Assembly: GCF_000014265.1 (NCBI RefSeq) | Contig: NC_008312.1 | Span: 4,050,001-4,082,000, forward strand | DNA length: 32,000 bases | Direction of reading: 5' to 3' | Source: Trichodesmium erythraeum IMS101 | GTDB lineage: Bacteria > Cyanobacteriota > Cyanobacteriia > Cyanobacteriales > Microcoleaceae | Part shown: one piece after another, positions 9,509-19,144 of the stretch | Numbering within the stretch: position 1 is the first letter of the stretch | Layout: every line of letters starts with the position of its first letter | Translations under genes and position numbers: made by a program | The notes under the pieces: model-generated | What the model was told of the DNA's origin: nothing | Database searches by the model: none | Seen by the model: only the letters and a program-made list of their open reading frames with translations

Positions 9509-11926
9509 TCAAAGTGTTTTTTTAACAACTCGATAAACGAAACTCAGAGTTGCCCAACTATTAATATCGAGAGCATAATTATCCGTTGATAACTCTAAAG
9601 ATTGAGTAGCTAATTGACTAGCACTCTGTAAATCTTGTAAAGTTGCTTGTGCGACTGCTAAAGGATTCAATATTTCTTTAATTAGCTGATCATCTCTAAT
9701 TTGAAACACCTTTCCATCAACAAGAGTTGCAATTGTTTTCTTAAATGGTTGATGGCTACAAATAATTAGGCTTTCTTCTAATCCTTCAGAACCTATTACC
9801 CTCCATCCCAAAGATTTTGTATTTTTAGAAGAATTATTAATAACTGGAGGTATATTTACACTATCTCCCGGAGAAACAATTAACTCTGTTAGTGAAAGTT
9901 GAGGATCATTCTCAAGTTGATTAGATATAGTTGGATCGACAACAAAAAAGCGCCCACTACTGTCTAAAATGACTAACATAAAATAGACTGGGCGATCGCC
10001 ATAATTATATAATTGATATTGAATTCGACTACCAATGGGTAAAGTTCCTAATGAATTACTAATTTCAGATTTGTCTATATCTTCATTGATATCAGTTAAA
10101 AATTTTGTGGTTCCATCCCTAACCCCCAAAGTTTCTCGCTTAAGAATTAACCTTGCATTTGGAGTAACAGTAGCCAAGTTAGCTCTAAGTTTGATTTGAG
10201 TAGATCCTTCATTCTTAGTTAAGCGTAGCATCTTAGCTGCCAGTAAGGTTTCCAATGGGGAACGTAACCTTTCTATTGCTCCCTTGACTGCTTCTCCTTT
10301 TTCTCCTATAGTCTTAGGTATAAGTACCTTGCCCAGAGAAAATAGAGCATAATGACCCTGAGAAGTAGAGGGTAAAATAGCAGAAGAACTTTGAGCGATA
10401 GTTGTTTCTTCTACTCGACTAAATATATAATCAGCGGCTTGTGTATCTGCTACTACGGTAACTTTAGGTATTGCTGAAAAACCACTGGTAGCATCTACCC
10501 GCTCTATTCTTGACATATTATGGTCTAGAGCTATCATCAAATTCAGAGATTGAGGTAAAACTCTAATCTTTTCTTGTACCAGAGATCCTGTCAAAAGTTG
10601 AAGATTAGGAAGAAGATTTTGAGAAGTTTTTTGTGTTTGGTCGTTGATATTTTCCTGGTTTATATCTGATAATTGTTGTGAATTATTAGTGTCAATGATA
10701 ACGGAAGCTTTTGCTTTTAAGCCATTTCGATTCTGAATTTGTAATTCAAAGCTTAAGTCTAAATCAAAATCAGGAAAAGTTTTGAATAGAGAATAAGATG
10801 TAACCGTATCAAGAATACTAACTGGTAATCCTCCTAACCATAGGTTTGCTGTTTTGCCGTTATCTTCTACTGAAGTGATTACACCCGTAGCAGAGGGTAA
10901 TAAAGGATTAAAGATATTTTGATTACTGATAGCTACTGGAATTATAGTAGGTACTTTTGTAGATTGAGCAATGTTCTGTTGTTTTGCTTGTTTAAACTCT
11001 GGTTGCTGATTAACTCCAGTTATTTGTTCTACCTCGCCAGCAGCTTGTGAAAAACTAATTTGTAGTCTGGTGGCGGGGGCTGTAGACCATAAATTTTGGG
11101 TAAGAGCATAAGTAAATAAACCAGAGCTAAAACCATTCCAGTCAGCTTCAGTAGCAAATTGGTTTTGTTGGCTAGCCTTAAGAACTAAGCCTTTGAGTTG
11201 ACTTTCATAAATTTCCTGTTCTCCTAAAATATTTTGTTGATGTCGCAGTTGCATTTGCATTGCTTTCTCTTTCATATTGATTTGCTCTGTAGTCAAACTA
11301 GGTCGAGAGCGAATTCTGAGATTACCTTGCAAATTTTTACCAGGATATACATAGCTAGTATCTAATATAGTTACTACTTTTTTCGTAGGGAGCGATCGCA
11401 ATAATAACCAGAGAGTCTCTTCTAAAACATCATTTATTTCTGCGCCCTCATTATTCGAAGCTATACCATCTATTGGAACTAGACTATTTTGAAAAATTAA
11501 ATTTGAGGTACTTAATTCATTCTGTTTATTTTGATCAATCATCTTAGTCACACGACTACCATAGCCACTAAAATGAAACACAACCAAGTCATCTGGTTTA
11601 GCTTGATCAGTTAAATGACTAATAAAAGCTGTTTCTATATTTTCCCTAGTAGCTTGTTCATTTGTGAGAGTCAGAATATCAGCAGGTAAAAAACCAAACC
11701 GATGAATTAGCAATTCCCGTTGCATCTCCACATCTGTAACACACCCAGACAGAGATGCATTTAGATATTCATTAATACCTACTAAGAATGCTAATTTACC
11801 TCCTGTAGTTTGAGCTAAGGCTTCTGAATAATAATTTTGGAGGCGCCACCACCCTGCTTGATTGATTCCCAATACTCCTAGGGCCAAACTAGCCCTTTGC
11901 AGAAATTCCCGCCGCTTTAATCCCAT
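9509..11926 (-). CDS. Tat-signal peptidase C14 (orthocaspase) homologue with Tyr/Ser in place of the catalytic His/Cys, plus a ~550-aa C-terminal region of unknown function
   Basis: 805-aa ORF. The N-terminus MGLKRREFLQRASLALGVLG is a twin-arginine signal. The p20-like block is LAFLVGINEY...GCVTDVEMQRELLIHRFGF...ATRENI...VVFHFSGYGSRV. The usual SGHG His is Tyr122 (codon 11561-11563). The usual D-x-C-H-S-G motif is ILDTSYVYPG, with Ser191 (codon 11354-11356). Confidence 0.85.
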   Translation of the reverse strand: MGLKRREFLQRASLALGVLGINQAGWWRLQNYYSEALAQTTGGKLAFLVGINEYLNASLSGCVTDVEMQRELLIHRFGFLPADILTLTNEQATRENIETAFISHLTDQAKPDDLVVFHFSGYGSRVTKMIDQNKQNELSTSNLIFQNSLVPIDGIASNNEGAEINDVLEETLWLLLRSLPTKKVVTILDTSYVYPGKNLQGNLRIRSRPSLTTEQINMKEKAMQMQLRHQQNILGEQEIYESQLKGLVLKASQQNQFATEADWNGFSSGLFTYALTQNLWSTAPATRLQISFSQAAGEVEQITGVNQQPEFKQAKQQNIAQSTKVPTIIPVAISNQNIFNPLLPSATGVITSVEDNGKTANLWLGGLPVSILDTVTSYSLFKTFPDFDLDLSFELQIQNRNGLKAKASVIIDTNNSQQLSDINQENINDQTQKTSQNLLPNLQLLTGSLVQEKIRVLPQSLNLMIALDHNMSRIERVDATSGFSAIPKVTVVADTQAADYIFSRVEETTIAQSSSAILPSTSQGHYALFSLGKVLIPKTIGEKGEAVKGAIERLRSPLETLLAAKMLRLTKNEGSTQIKLRANLATVTPNARLILKRETLGVRDGTTKFLTDINEDIDKSEISNSLGTLPIGSRIQYQLYNYGDRPVYFMLVILDSSGRFFVVDPTISNQLENDPQLSLTELIVSPGDSVNIPPVINNSSKNTKSLGWRVIGSEGLEESLIICSHQPFKKTIATLVDGKVFQIRDDQLIKEILNPLAVAQATLQDLQSASQLATQSLELSTDNYALDINSWATLSFVYRVVKKTL

Positions 11927-12548
11927 GCTTTTTCCTTAATGTCTTACCTTAAACTAAGTCAAGTCAGAACTTTACATAACAACACTATGATTAATTTTCT
12001 ATATAATTGACCCAAAAATCAGGTCAATAGCCTTCCCTTGGATAGGGGATGAAAAGAATATTCGATCAAGTATTTAGGGGCACTTGATGCTGGTGCCCAA
12101 ATTTCTATTTCAATTTTTCATCCGGGTCAGTGTCCACCTTAAGAGTTATAATATATACTAATTGAGACAATAGTATAAAACAATTATAATTATATTCAAC
12201 AGTTAATTTATTACTTTAAATTAACTTGATTTTGGCAGTTGAACTACTGACAAAGCCAGAGTTTCTTTAACTAACATCAGTGAGGTGACGGGTTAAAAGC
12301 TTTCCTTTAAATAAAGTCTAGCTCTTGTAACCCGCCTCTGGTTTATAGTTATTTACTATCTAGTGGAGGTTTCACCGGAAAAGAAATTTTATCAGTTTCT
12401 CAGATAAGTTCTTTAATCAACTTTTTTCTTGATATATCTGAGTTTGAGCCATTATTACCAATATTTGCGTATTTCCCTTGCCCGAACAGAGCAATGATAA
12501 ACACTTTGGCACCTGAAAAATTTCTCAGTAGGGTTAGCTTAACTTCCT

Positions 12549-13715
12549 TTAGATTTTCATAGCCTTAGCTAACTCGGCTGCTACTTCTGGTCGTGAAAAT
12601 TCTGGTGGTGGCAACTCACCCCGACGTAACATTTCTCGCACTTTTGTCCCTGATAGATGAATTCTTTCTTCTCCTGTACTTGGACTTGTTTTACTTGTGG
12701 CCATACCTTGGGTACGAGTACAGTAAAAAGCGTGTTCAAACTTCATTGGGACAATATCTAACTCTCTAGGTTCAAACTCATCAAAAATATATTGAGCATC
12801 ATAGGTTCCATAATAATCTCCAACTCCAGCATGATCTCGTCCAACAATGAAGTGAGTACAACCATAGTTTTTCCGCACCAAAGCATGAAAAATTGCCTCC
12901 CGCGGGCCAGCATAACGCATTGCTGAGGGATTAATGGCCATCATGACACGATTTTCAGGAAAGTATTTTTCTAACATAATCTCGTAGCAACGCATCCTGA
13001 CATCAGCAGGAATATCATCTGATTTAGTAGCACCAACCAAAGGATGTAAAAATAAACCGTCTACTACTTCTAAAGCACATTTTTGAATATATTCGTGGGC
13101 ACGATGGATAGGGTTACGGGTTTGGAAACCAACTATTGTCTTCCAATTTTTTTCCTGAAATAGTTTTCTGGACTCAGCTGGATCTATTTGATATTTGGGA
13201 AATAATGGGTGAGGATGACGTTCTAATAACCAAACTGGGCCTGCTAAGTTGACTGGGCCAGCATCATACAGGACTTTCACTCCTGGGTGTTTGATTTCTT
13301 GTGTACTATAAACATTGATTGCCTCATGAGCTTTGTTGTAGTGGAACTTTTGAGTTAATTCTAAAACTCCAGCAAATTCTCCTTCTGGAGAAGACAGACC
13401 TACCCAGCTTCCTTCTTTTATTGAATCTGCTACTTCTTCTGATACTGATAATGTTACAGGTATACTCCAAGGCAGACCATTTTTAAGACGCATATCAACA
13501 ACTACACTTTCATAGTCATCTTTGTCCATAAAGCCATTGAGGGGACTAAAACCTCCTATAGCTATCATTTCTAAGTCTGAAAGAGCCCGTTTGTCTAGTT
13601 GTATCTTTGGCAAGCTTTCAGCTTTTTCGATAAATTCTTGTCGTTCTGCTGGTGTGGCAATTCGATTAATTAGATGGCCACCGTGTGCTGGTATACCATT
13701 GAGATGCTGATTCAA
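12549..13715 (-). CDS. sat: Sulfate adenylyltransferase (ATP sulfurylase)
   Basis: 388-aa ORF with the family motifs [13 protein letters not shown] and [11 protein letters not shown]. The length is typical of the homo-oligomeric Sat type. Confidence 0.95.
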   Translation of the reverse strand: MNQHLNGIPAHGGHLINRIATPAERQEFIEKAESLPKIQLDKRALSDLEMIAIGGFSPLNGFMDKDDYESVVVDMRLKNGLPWSIPVTLSVSEEVADSIKEGSWVGLSSPEGEFAGVLELTQKFHYNKAHEAINVYSTQEIKHPGVKVLYDAGPVNLAGPVWLLERHPHPLFPKYQIDPAESRKLFQEKNWKTIVGFQTRNPIHRAHEYIQKCALEVVDGLFLHPLVGATKSDDIPADVRMRCYEIMLEKYFPENRVMMAINPSAMRYAGPREAIFHALVRKNYGCTHFIVGRDHAGVGDYYGTYDAQYIFDEFEPRELDIVPMKFEHAFYCTRTQGMATSKTSPSTGEERIHLSGTKVREMLRRGELPPPEFSRPEVAAELAKAMKI

Positions 13716-13943
13716 GGTGATTCCTCTCTATATATTGACGACTATAGTTGAGAAAGATTAAGTTTTCCAATGTTGATCCTACATCTTTAGAGGTACATCT
13801 ATCTTGAAGTTTGATAAATTTACTTTTGACATTCTACTAACTAAAGTCTTGTAAATTATTAAGGGTCATAAACTTGACGGACTGAAGTCATGTGAAATTT
13901 TACCTTGAATGGTATAGCCAAAGATGCTTAAGGGTCTGTCTGT

Positions 13944-13966
13944 GGTAACCATTCAGGTTACTTTTT
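13944..13966 (+). terminator. Orphan intrinsic-terminator-like hairpin on the plus strand
   Basis: GGTAACC (13944-13950), loop ATTCA, then GGTTACT (13956-13962), giving 6 Watson-Crick pairs and one G:U. A TTTTT run at 13962-13966 overlaps the last stem position. There is no plus-strand ORF upstream. It lies in the sat upstream region. Confidence 0.35.
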
Positions 13967-14707
13967 GCTCTAATATTTGCAGTAGCGTTACAGTCTGCAT
14001 CTATCAATTTTTCTTACTTAGTTTGGTATAAGCCTGGTTTAATTCGTTGACCACTAAAACTATACTCAGTTCTATTCTCAGGATGGTAAATAAGTATTTT
14101 ATCTTTTAGGGGAAATTGTGAGGAATGTCAAACTAACTAGTGGTTAAAACCGGGAGCTGTTGTTTTCATCCAGCAGTTTAAGCTGACTGCTTTACAACCA
14201 AGGGAATTTTGACGATGATTTTTTTATTTAGAGCAGGGTAAATATATCTAAATGATGAAAGCCTTTCCCGGTAATGGTTTGAGAATTTAATTATCAAAAA
14301 TACTTTGAGTCATAAAACCTTTGCCCACTTCCCATCTCAAAAATAATAGGACTTACCCAGAGCTACTGTATCTGTATCTATATCTGTATCTAGTAGGGAT
14401 GTTTATCCTGGAGAATACTACCCAAATATGTTGTAGAGTCTGCAAGGCTTTTTTGCTCTGGATCTTCAATATGAAACACTCCCTAAAAATACTCTATGGT
14501 TTGATCTCTGTGGCTAACTCCTGAATAAGATAGGTTCGCCCTGGTGTTTAGAGGGTAGGGAATATTCATAAGGTGAAGTTTTTTACTTTCTAGTTTTGAC
14601 TAAACTTGGGATATAAGCAGGCATAGAATTTCTTAATACATATAAAAAAAAAATTTTTCCTATTTGTAAAGTTTTGTAAAAAAAGCACTGTTTTCAATGT
14701 AAATAAT

Positions 14708-14737
14708 TTGACAAAGACGGGTGAACTAAATTAGTAT
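14708..14737 (+). promoter_or_regulatory. Candidate sigma70-type promoter upstream of the CIRCE pair
   Basis: TTGACA (14708-14713), an 18-nt spacer, then TAGTAT (14732-14737). This would place CIRCE-1 about 45-50 nt into the transcript. Confidence 0.35.
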
Positions 14738-14790
14738 TATTTAAGTAATATATTAATCTCTTAAACCGCAAAATTTGATTCAGTAAACTA

Positions 14791-14817
14791 TTAGCACTCA
14801 TGACTGAAGATTGCTAA
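14791..14817 (+). promoter_or_regulatory. CIRCE-like inverted repeat 1 (HrcA operator consensus TTAGCACTC-N9-GAGTGCTAA)
   Basis: TTAGCACTC-ATGACTGAA-GATTGCTAA matches 17 of 18 arm positions with exact N9 spacing. Confidence 0.8.
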
Positions 14818-14894
14818 AAATAAGTCATTAAGTTGTGACTATTACTTCAAGGAATAAATAAAAGTTTTGCATCTGGTTTATAGAGTTAAATAAA

Positions 14895-14921
14895 TTAGCA
14901 CTCACCTGAAAAGACTGCTAA
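14895..14921 (+). promoter_or_regulatory. CIRCE-like inverted repeat 2
   Basis: TTAGCACTC-ACCTGAAAA-GACTGCTAA matches 17 of 18 arm positions with exact N9 spacing. It starts 104 bp after copy 1. A TATAAT hexamer follows at 14933-14938. Confidence 0.8.
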
Positions 14922-15175
14922 TTTTAAGGGGCTATAATAATCTTAAATCAGTTATAAGAGTTGGAGTTGTTCCTATTTATTTAAAGGATACAATATCTAT
15001 ATTTGATAACTACGGCACTCTTGAGGAGAGTGAGGTATATTTTAATACTAATCTCTATTTCCTATCCCCATATTTCTTAAAGTTGTAAAACTTTGTACCT
15101 CATTAACTCCAAAACTGCTGTCAAAGGGATTGCTATACACCATAATTTGAGAAACTTTTAGGAGGAAAAGGGTAA

Positions 15176-15517
15176 ATGCAATATACTTTTGAACTTTTAG
15201 GCATTTCTCCAGTACTACATTTTTTTAATCAGCAACAAAAACTACAAGGAGAAGATAACTTAAATGTGGAATATTTAGGAAACCGTAAGTGTTCCCTAGA
15301 TCTGTTTCTCAAGTCTGTAGAAACTATTTCTTCTCAGCGCAGTTGGAGGGCAGATAAAGTTGTAGAAACGGTGATCAATTTTTGGATGAATAATCCTGAT
15401 AGCGTTCAGTATTGGAATTCTCGCTTAAAAGATGCTGGAAAAGATAATCTTCTAGTGGCAAGGGTGGGAGATATTAAGTCTTTACGGAAATCTTTTGAAT
15501 TATTACTGAATAATTGA
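15176..15517 (+). CDS. Hypothetical 113-aa protein (no family recognised)
   Basis: The ATG is preceded by a strong RBS (TAGGAGGAAAAGGGTAAATG). Amino-acid composition is balanced. It is the only plus-strand ORF in this 2-kb intergenic area and lies downstream of the CIRCE pair. Confidence 0.6.
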   Translation: MQYTFELLGISPVLHFFNQQQKLQGEDNLNVEYLGNRKCSLDLFLKSVETISSQRSWRADKVVETVINFWMNNPDSVQYWNSRLKDAGKDNLLVARVGDIKSLRKSFELLLNN

Positions 15518-15782
15518 ATAATAAGTTATAACGCTACGGACAACTCAAAAGTTACAAGTAACCACTGAAGTGAGTTTTCTGTGGCTAAATATGGTATTGA
15601 AAAATATTTTTCCCCCTAAATGCTGACTGCTATGGTAAGAAGGGGCTGATTTGAGTGAGGTTGATGCTAGTTAGTTGGGGTATTTAATACTAACCTGGTT
15701 TCTATCTTTTTTTATACTGAGTACTACTAAATTTGGTACTCACAGGATTTTATTGAGTATGAGGCAAAATTGTCCCTGGCAA

Positions 15783-15838
15783 GATGTGGGTGCAACAAAG
15801 ATTTGATCATGATGTGGGTGCAGCAAAGGTTTGATCAT
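15783..15838. repeat. 28-bp tandem duplication GATGTGGGTGCA[A/G]CAAAG[A/G]TTTGATCAT
   Basis: Units at 15783-15810 and 15811-15838 differ at 2 positions. The duplication lies 24 bp beyond the nagB-like stop codon. Confidence 0.9.
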
Positions 15839-15861
15839 GATCGAAAGTTTTTTTTCTTCCT

Positions 15862-16671
15862 TTATTTAGAAATGAGGCTAGCGGAATTAGTATCTAAAAA
15901 TAATGTTGCCTGAGATTTTTGTCGCAAAATAGAAGCAGGATATATTGTACTTATAGGATTATACAAAATATTTCTGATGACTTCTGCTTTTCGTTTTTCT
16001 GGTGCGAGGCAGAAGATTTTTTTTGCGGAACAAATTGCTGGAATGGTTACTGTAAATGCGTATTGGGGAACTGCATCAAGATGAGGAAAATGGCCTTGAT
16101 TTACTTGTTGTTGACGGGAGGTTAAGTCAAGTTTGACTAATTTAATTGTTTGAGGATCGTTAAAATTTGCTACGGAGGGGTCGTTAAAGGCTAAGTGTCC
16201 ATTGTCTCCTATGCCTAGAAGAACTAGATCGATGGGTTGAGCGGATAATAGTTGAGTGTAGCGATCGCATTCTTCTAAGGGTTCATTTGTATCCCCTTGG
16301 ATATAATGAAATTGACGAGGAGTAATAAATTTTTCTACTTTTTCCTGGAGATAGTAACGAAAACTGGCAGGATGATCTGCGGAAATTCCTAGATATTCAT
16401 CTAAATGAAATAAAGTTACTTGAGACCAGTCTATACCACCTAAAGTAGTTAAGGCTCTAAGAAACATAATTTGTGAATTTCCGGTTGCTAGAATAACATT
16501 TGCTTTTCGGTGTCTAGTAATCAAGTTTTGCAAATATTCAAGGACGCTTAAGGCAGCGTCTTTAGCCATTTCTAGTTCTTGGTGATATATTCTAACAGAT
16601 AGAGCGTCAACTGAGAAAGTTTTTATTGGTCTATATAGTTTGGGTGTATTATTCCTGAAGTTAGAAGTCAT
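15862..16671 (-). CDS. nagB: Glucosamine-6-phosphate deaminase / 6-phosphogluconolactonase family protein (NagB-like)
   Basis: 269-aa ORF with ATGNSQ, FHLDEYLGI and GIGDNGHLAFNDP, all characteristic of the NagB/Pgl sugar-phosphate isomerase family. Confidence 0.8.
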   Translation of the reverse strand: MTSNFRNNTPKLYRPIKTFSVDALSVRIYHQELEMAKDAALSVLEYLQNLITRHRKANVILATGNSQIMFLRALTTLGGIDWSQVTLFHLDEYLGISADHPASFRYYLQEKVEKFITPRQFHYIQGDTNEPLEECDRYTQLLSAQPIDLVLLGIGDNGHLAFNDPSVANFNDPQTIKLVKLDLTSRQQQVNQGHFPHLDAVPQYAFTVTIPAICSAKKIFCLAPEKRKAEVIRNILYNPISTIYPASILRQKSQATLFLDTNSASLISK

Positions 16672-18047
16672 AAGTTAGTAGGACCGAAAGGCCATTTTTT
16701 TAAGTTATTGCTTTGGATAAGTTTGAGTTTAGGGTTTGAGAATATCTTCATGGTAATGGTTAACTATAAGGATGTTTGTTGTATGATGATCAATTTTTAT
16801 ACCTAGTATGAAAACAAGAATGCACTGTTATGGTGAAGTGCATCTTGATCAGGGTAGCTTAAGTCTAATTTGGGTTTGGTCTTTTTTGTCTTTTTCAGAA
16901 GTAGGAGACTTACTACAAACTCCTCTTAATCTTTTTCTCTTAACTTTCACTTATCCCAGAAGGGGAAGAGGATGGAGTGGGAGAGGGATGTTCGGATAAC
17001 GGACTTAGGTCTTTGAGGACTGGGAGAGTGAAAAGTTTTTAATGAATGGCATAATTTGACTAAGGTAATGATGGTGCTTTGGATCGGAGAATAATTACAT
17101 GTTTTCCGCGATCGCTTTGCTGAATGACTAGGACTGGAGGGCTAGCATTTGATGGGGCTTCTGGTGGCAGGGATGGGAAAATATAATATTGGCCGTCTGT
17201 CTCAAATTGTAGTCGCCAGATAATTTTGGGAAAGCTGGGGGTCGCTTTTGTTATTGTAATCTTGTAGGAGTAATTCTTCGTATAATTTTATGTTTCCGAT
17301 AATACGAAATTTGTTAATCTTAGGGTCGTCTATTAATTTATTTTTGTTGATTTTTCTACCTAATGGTAATTAGTTTTCTGCGGCTATTAAGGTGACTACT
17401 GGTAAGCGTGATGTTTTTCTACGGGAGTCTCGTATGGCATCCAGATTTATTTGAGTTTTACCGAGGAAAAATAGGGTTGTTAATAAACAGAAGGTGATGA
17501 TGATTTATTTAATTAATTATTTTTTGTATTTTGGTAGTTAATTTTTTAAAAATAAAGAGATTATTGTAGGTAATTGGTTGTTTTATAGGTTTGATTTTTT
17601 AGAGTTAATTTTAATTATTTTAAATGCCATTATTTTAGAATTTTGTGTGTTTTTGCCTGAAAATTTTTATGTTTTTTTTCTATGTTTTTCAGGAAAAGGA
17701 GGCGATCGCTATCCATATTATTCTGAAAAAGGCGATTTTTTTTTACTTCCTAAGTTTCCAAAAAATACTTGTTTTGGTACTATTGAAAATGATTCTACGA
17801 GCAAATATAGGGTAGTTACTTCTAGTTTAAAATAACTGAATTAAGCCCAATAATAAATCTAACATATAAAATATAAGCCGACTCCTAATACGGTTAATAA
17901 ATTAGTAATTCTGCTAAAATTTTCTATTTGTTTTGATTTTTTATGATTTTATTTTACTTATATTTTGTTTTTTTAAACCATAATATAAGCATTTAGTTAT
18001 TAGCAGTTAGCTCTCGGCTTTTCTTAGTTAATGATGGGTAAAAATTT

Positions 18048-18288
18048 TATAAAGGTAATAAATTACTAAGTTGAGCTGATTATCTTTTTCCTGTTGTACT
18101 TTTTTTTAATATTTTTTTTGATGGTAGTTCCTTTTTATAGCTGAATACTGAATGCTTACAAAATATCTATAAAGTTGATCAATTACTCGGTTGAGTTAAT
18201 TGTATTTTTTCTGGAGAAATTTTAATTATTTTTGGAGGTTAATTTCTTTTTCTAGCTGATAGCTAAATACTGAATTTTGAATGCTTAT
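18048..18288 (+). repeat. Tandem pair of a ~115-120-bp dispersed element
   Basis: Copy 1 at 18048-18159 (TATAAAGGTAATAAATTACTAAGTTGAGCTGATTATC...TAGCTGAATACTGAATGCTTAC). Copy 2 at 18168-18288 (TATAAAGTTGATCAATTACTCGGTTGAGTTAATTGTA...TAGCTGATAGCTAAATACTGAATTTTGAATGCTTAT). Confidence 0.75.
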
Positions 18289-18440
18289 ATCATAATGTGA
18301 TTGCACATATTGAAGTATTCCTAAATAGATGGTAATATTTTCTTGTGGGGTTTGGTGTTTAAATCTCAGTTTTTGCCCTGGGTTGGGATACTAAACTTGT
18401 TTGTTTTCAGAATTTATTTAGCTTGGGTTTGGTGGTTAAA

Positions 18441-18480
18441 TTTCTACTGTTTTTTTCAGATTTCTACTGTTTTTTTCAGA
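18441..18480. repeat. Perfect 20-bp tandem duplication TTTCTACTGTTTTTTTCAGA
   Basis: Identical copies at 18441-18460 and 18461-18480. Confidence 0.95.
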
Positions 18481-18934
18481 AATAATTTAAGGTTTTTCTC
18501 GCAATAATTCATATTTATATCTGATGCATTCTGAAGATAACTCAAATTACAATTATTTTTCTGGTTGCTTGTCTGACTATAGTAGTAGAATAATAGTAGT
18601 AAAATATATGACATCAGCGATCGCTAACCCTAGTCTATTGGGGACAAATAAAATTAAAAAATAAAAATTAATTTTAAAACCGATTCCAGTATCTTTGCTG
18701 ATTTGGGCCAAGGTGATACTAAAAAATGGCGATCGCTAAACTGGTGCATTAGTAAGTATTAATTCTCGATGTATAATGATCAAAAGAGATAAAAGTAGTA
18801 AAAAATAAAATATTACTAATATTAACCCCATATAGTCTAACCATAGGAGTGATTTTTAGTATCCAACCTCTGATGGGATAATAGTTATTCCTGGAACAGG
18901 GGATAAAGACATAGGGGAGAGCTGACGTTTTGAA

Positions 18935-19144
18935 GTGCGAGTGGATGGGTTGGTCTGGGAAAATGCAGAGGAGAATGCTATTGAGATTAAACCTGAAAGT
19001 GTCATTCGGGTAGATGGCCGAGAGGCTATTCTGAGAGATTTGTGGAATGTTACTAGGAGTCGTTATGTTTTGAGTGAGATGGAGTTTGAACCGTCCCGGC
19101 AAATTTGGATTATTACTGCTAGGTTAAAATCAAAAAAGAAATAA
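18935..19144 (+). CDS. Possible small hypothetical protein (69 aa, GTG start), or a gene remnant
   Basis: The translation (VDGLVWENAEENAIEIKPESVIRVDGREAILRDLWNV...) looks more protein-like than the overlapping minus-strand ORF 18749-19102. The RBS is weak and no family was recognised. Confidence 0.3.
   Translation: MRVDGLVWENAEENAIEIKPESVIRVDGREAILRDLWNVTRSRYVLSEMEFEPSRQIWIITARLKSKKK

Noticed and set aside
12078-12098. GGGCAC-N9-GTGCCC hairpin followed by a T-rich tract on the plus strand, considered as a terminator or ncRNA end.
   Set aside because: The stem is only 6 bp with a 9-nt loop, and no upstream promoter or gene sits on that strand. It is about 450 bp from the sat stop and in the wrong orientation for it. 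The evidence is insufficient.
15015-15035. A third CIRCE-like site, GCACTC-TTGAGGA-GAGTG.
   Set aside because: Only the inner 5-6 nt of each arm match, the spacing is N7 rather than N9, and the outer TTA/TAA are missing. It may be a relic, but it is not supportable as an operator.
18749-19102. 117-aa minus-strand ORF.
   Set aside because: Composition is poor and low-complexity (runs of I, F, N, S, T), with no RBS. It overlaps a more protein-like plus-strand ORF and lies in a region of obvious decay.
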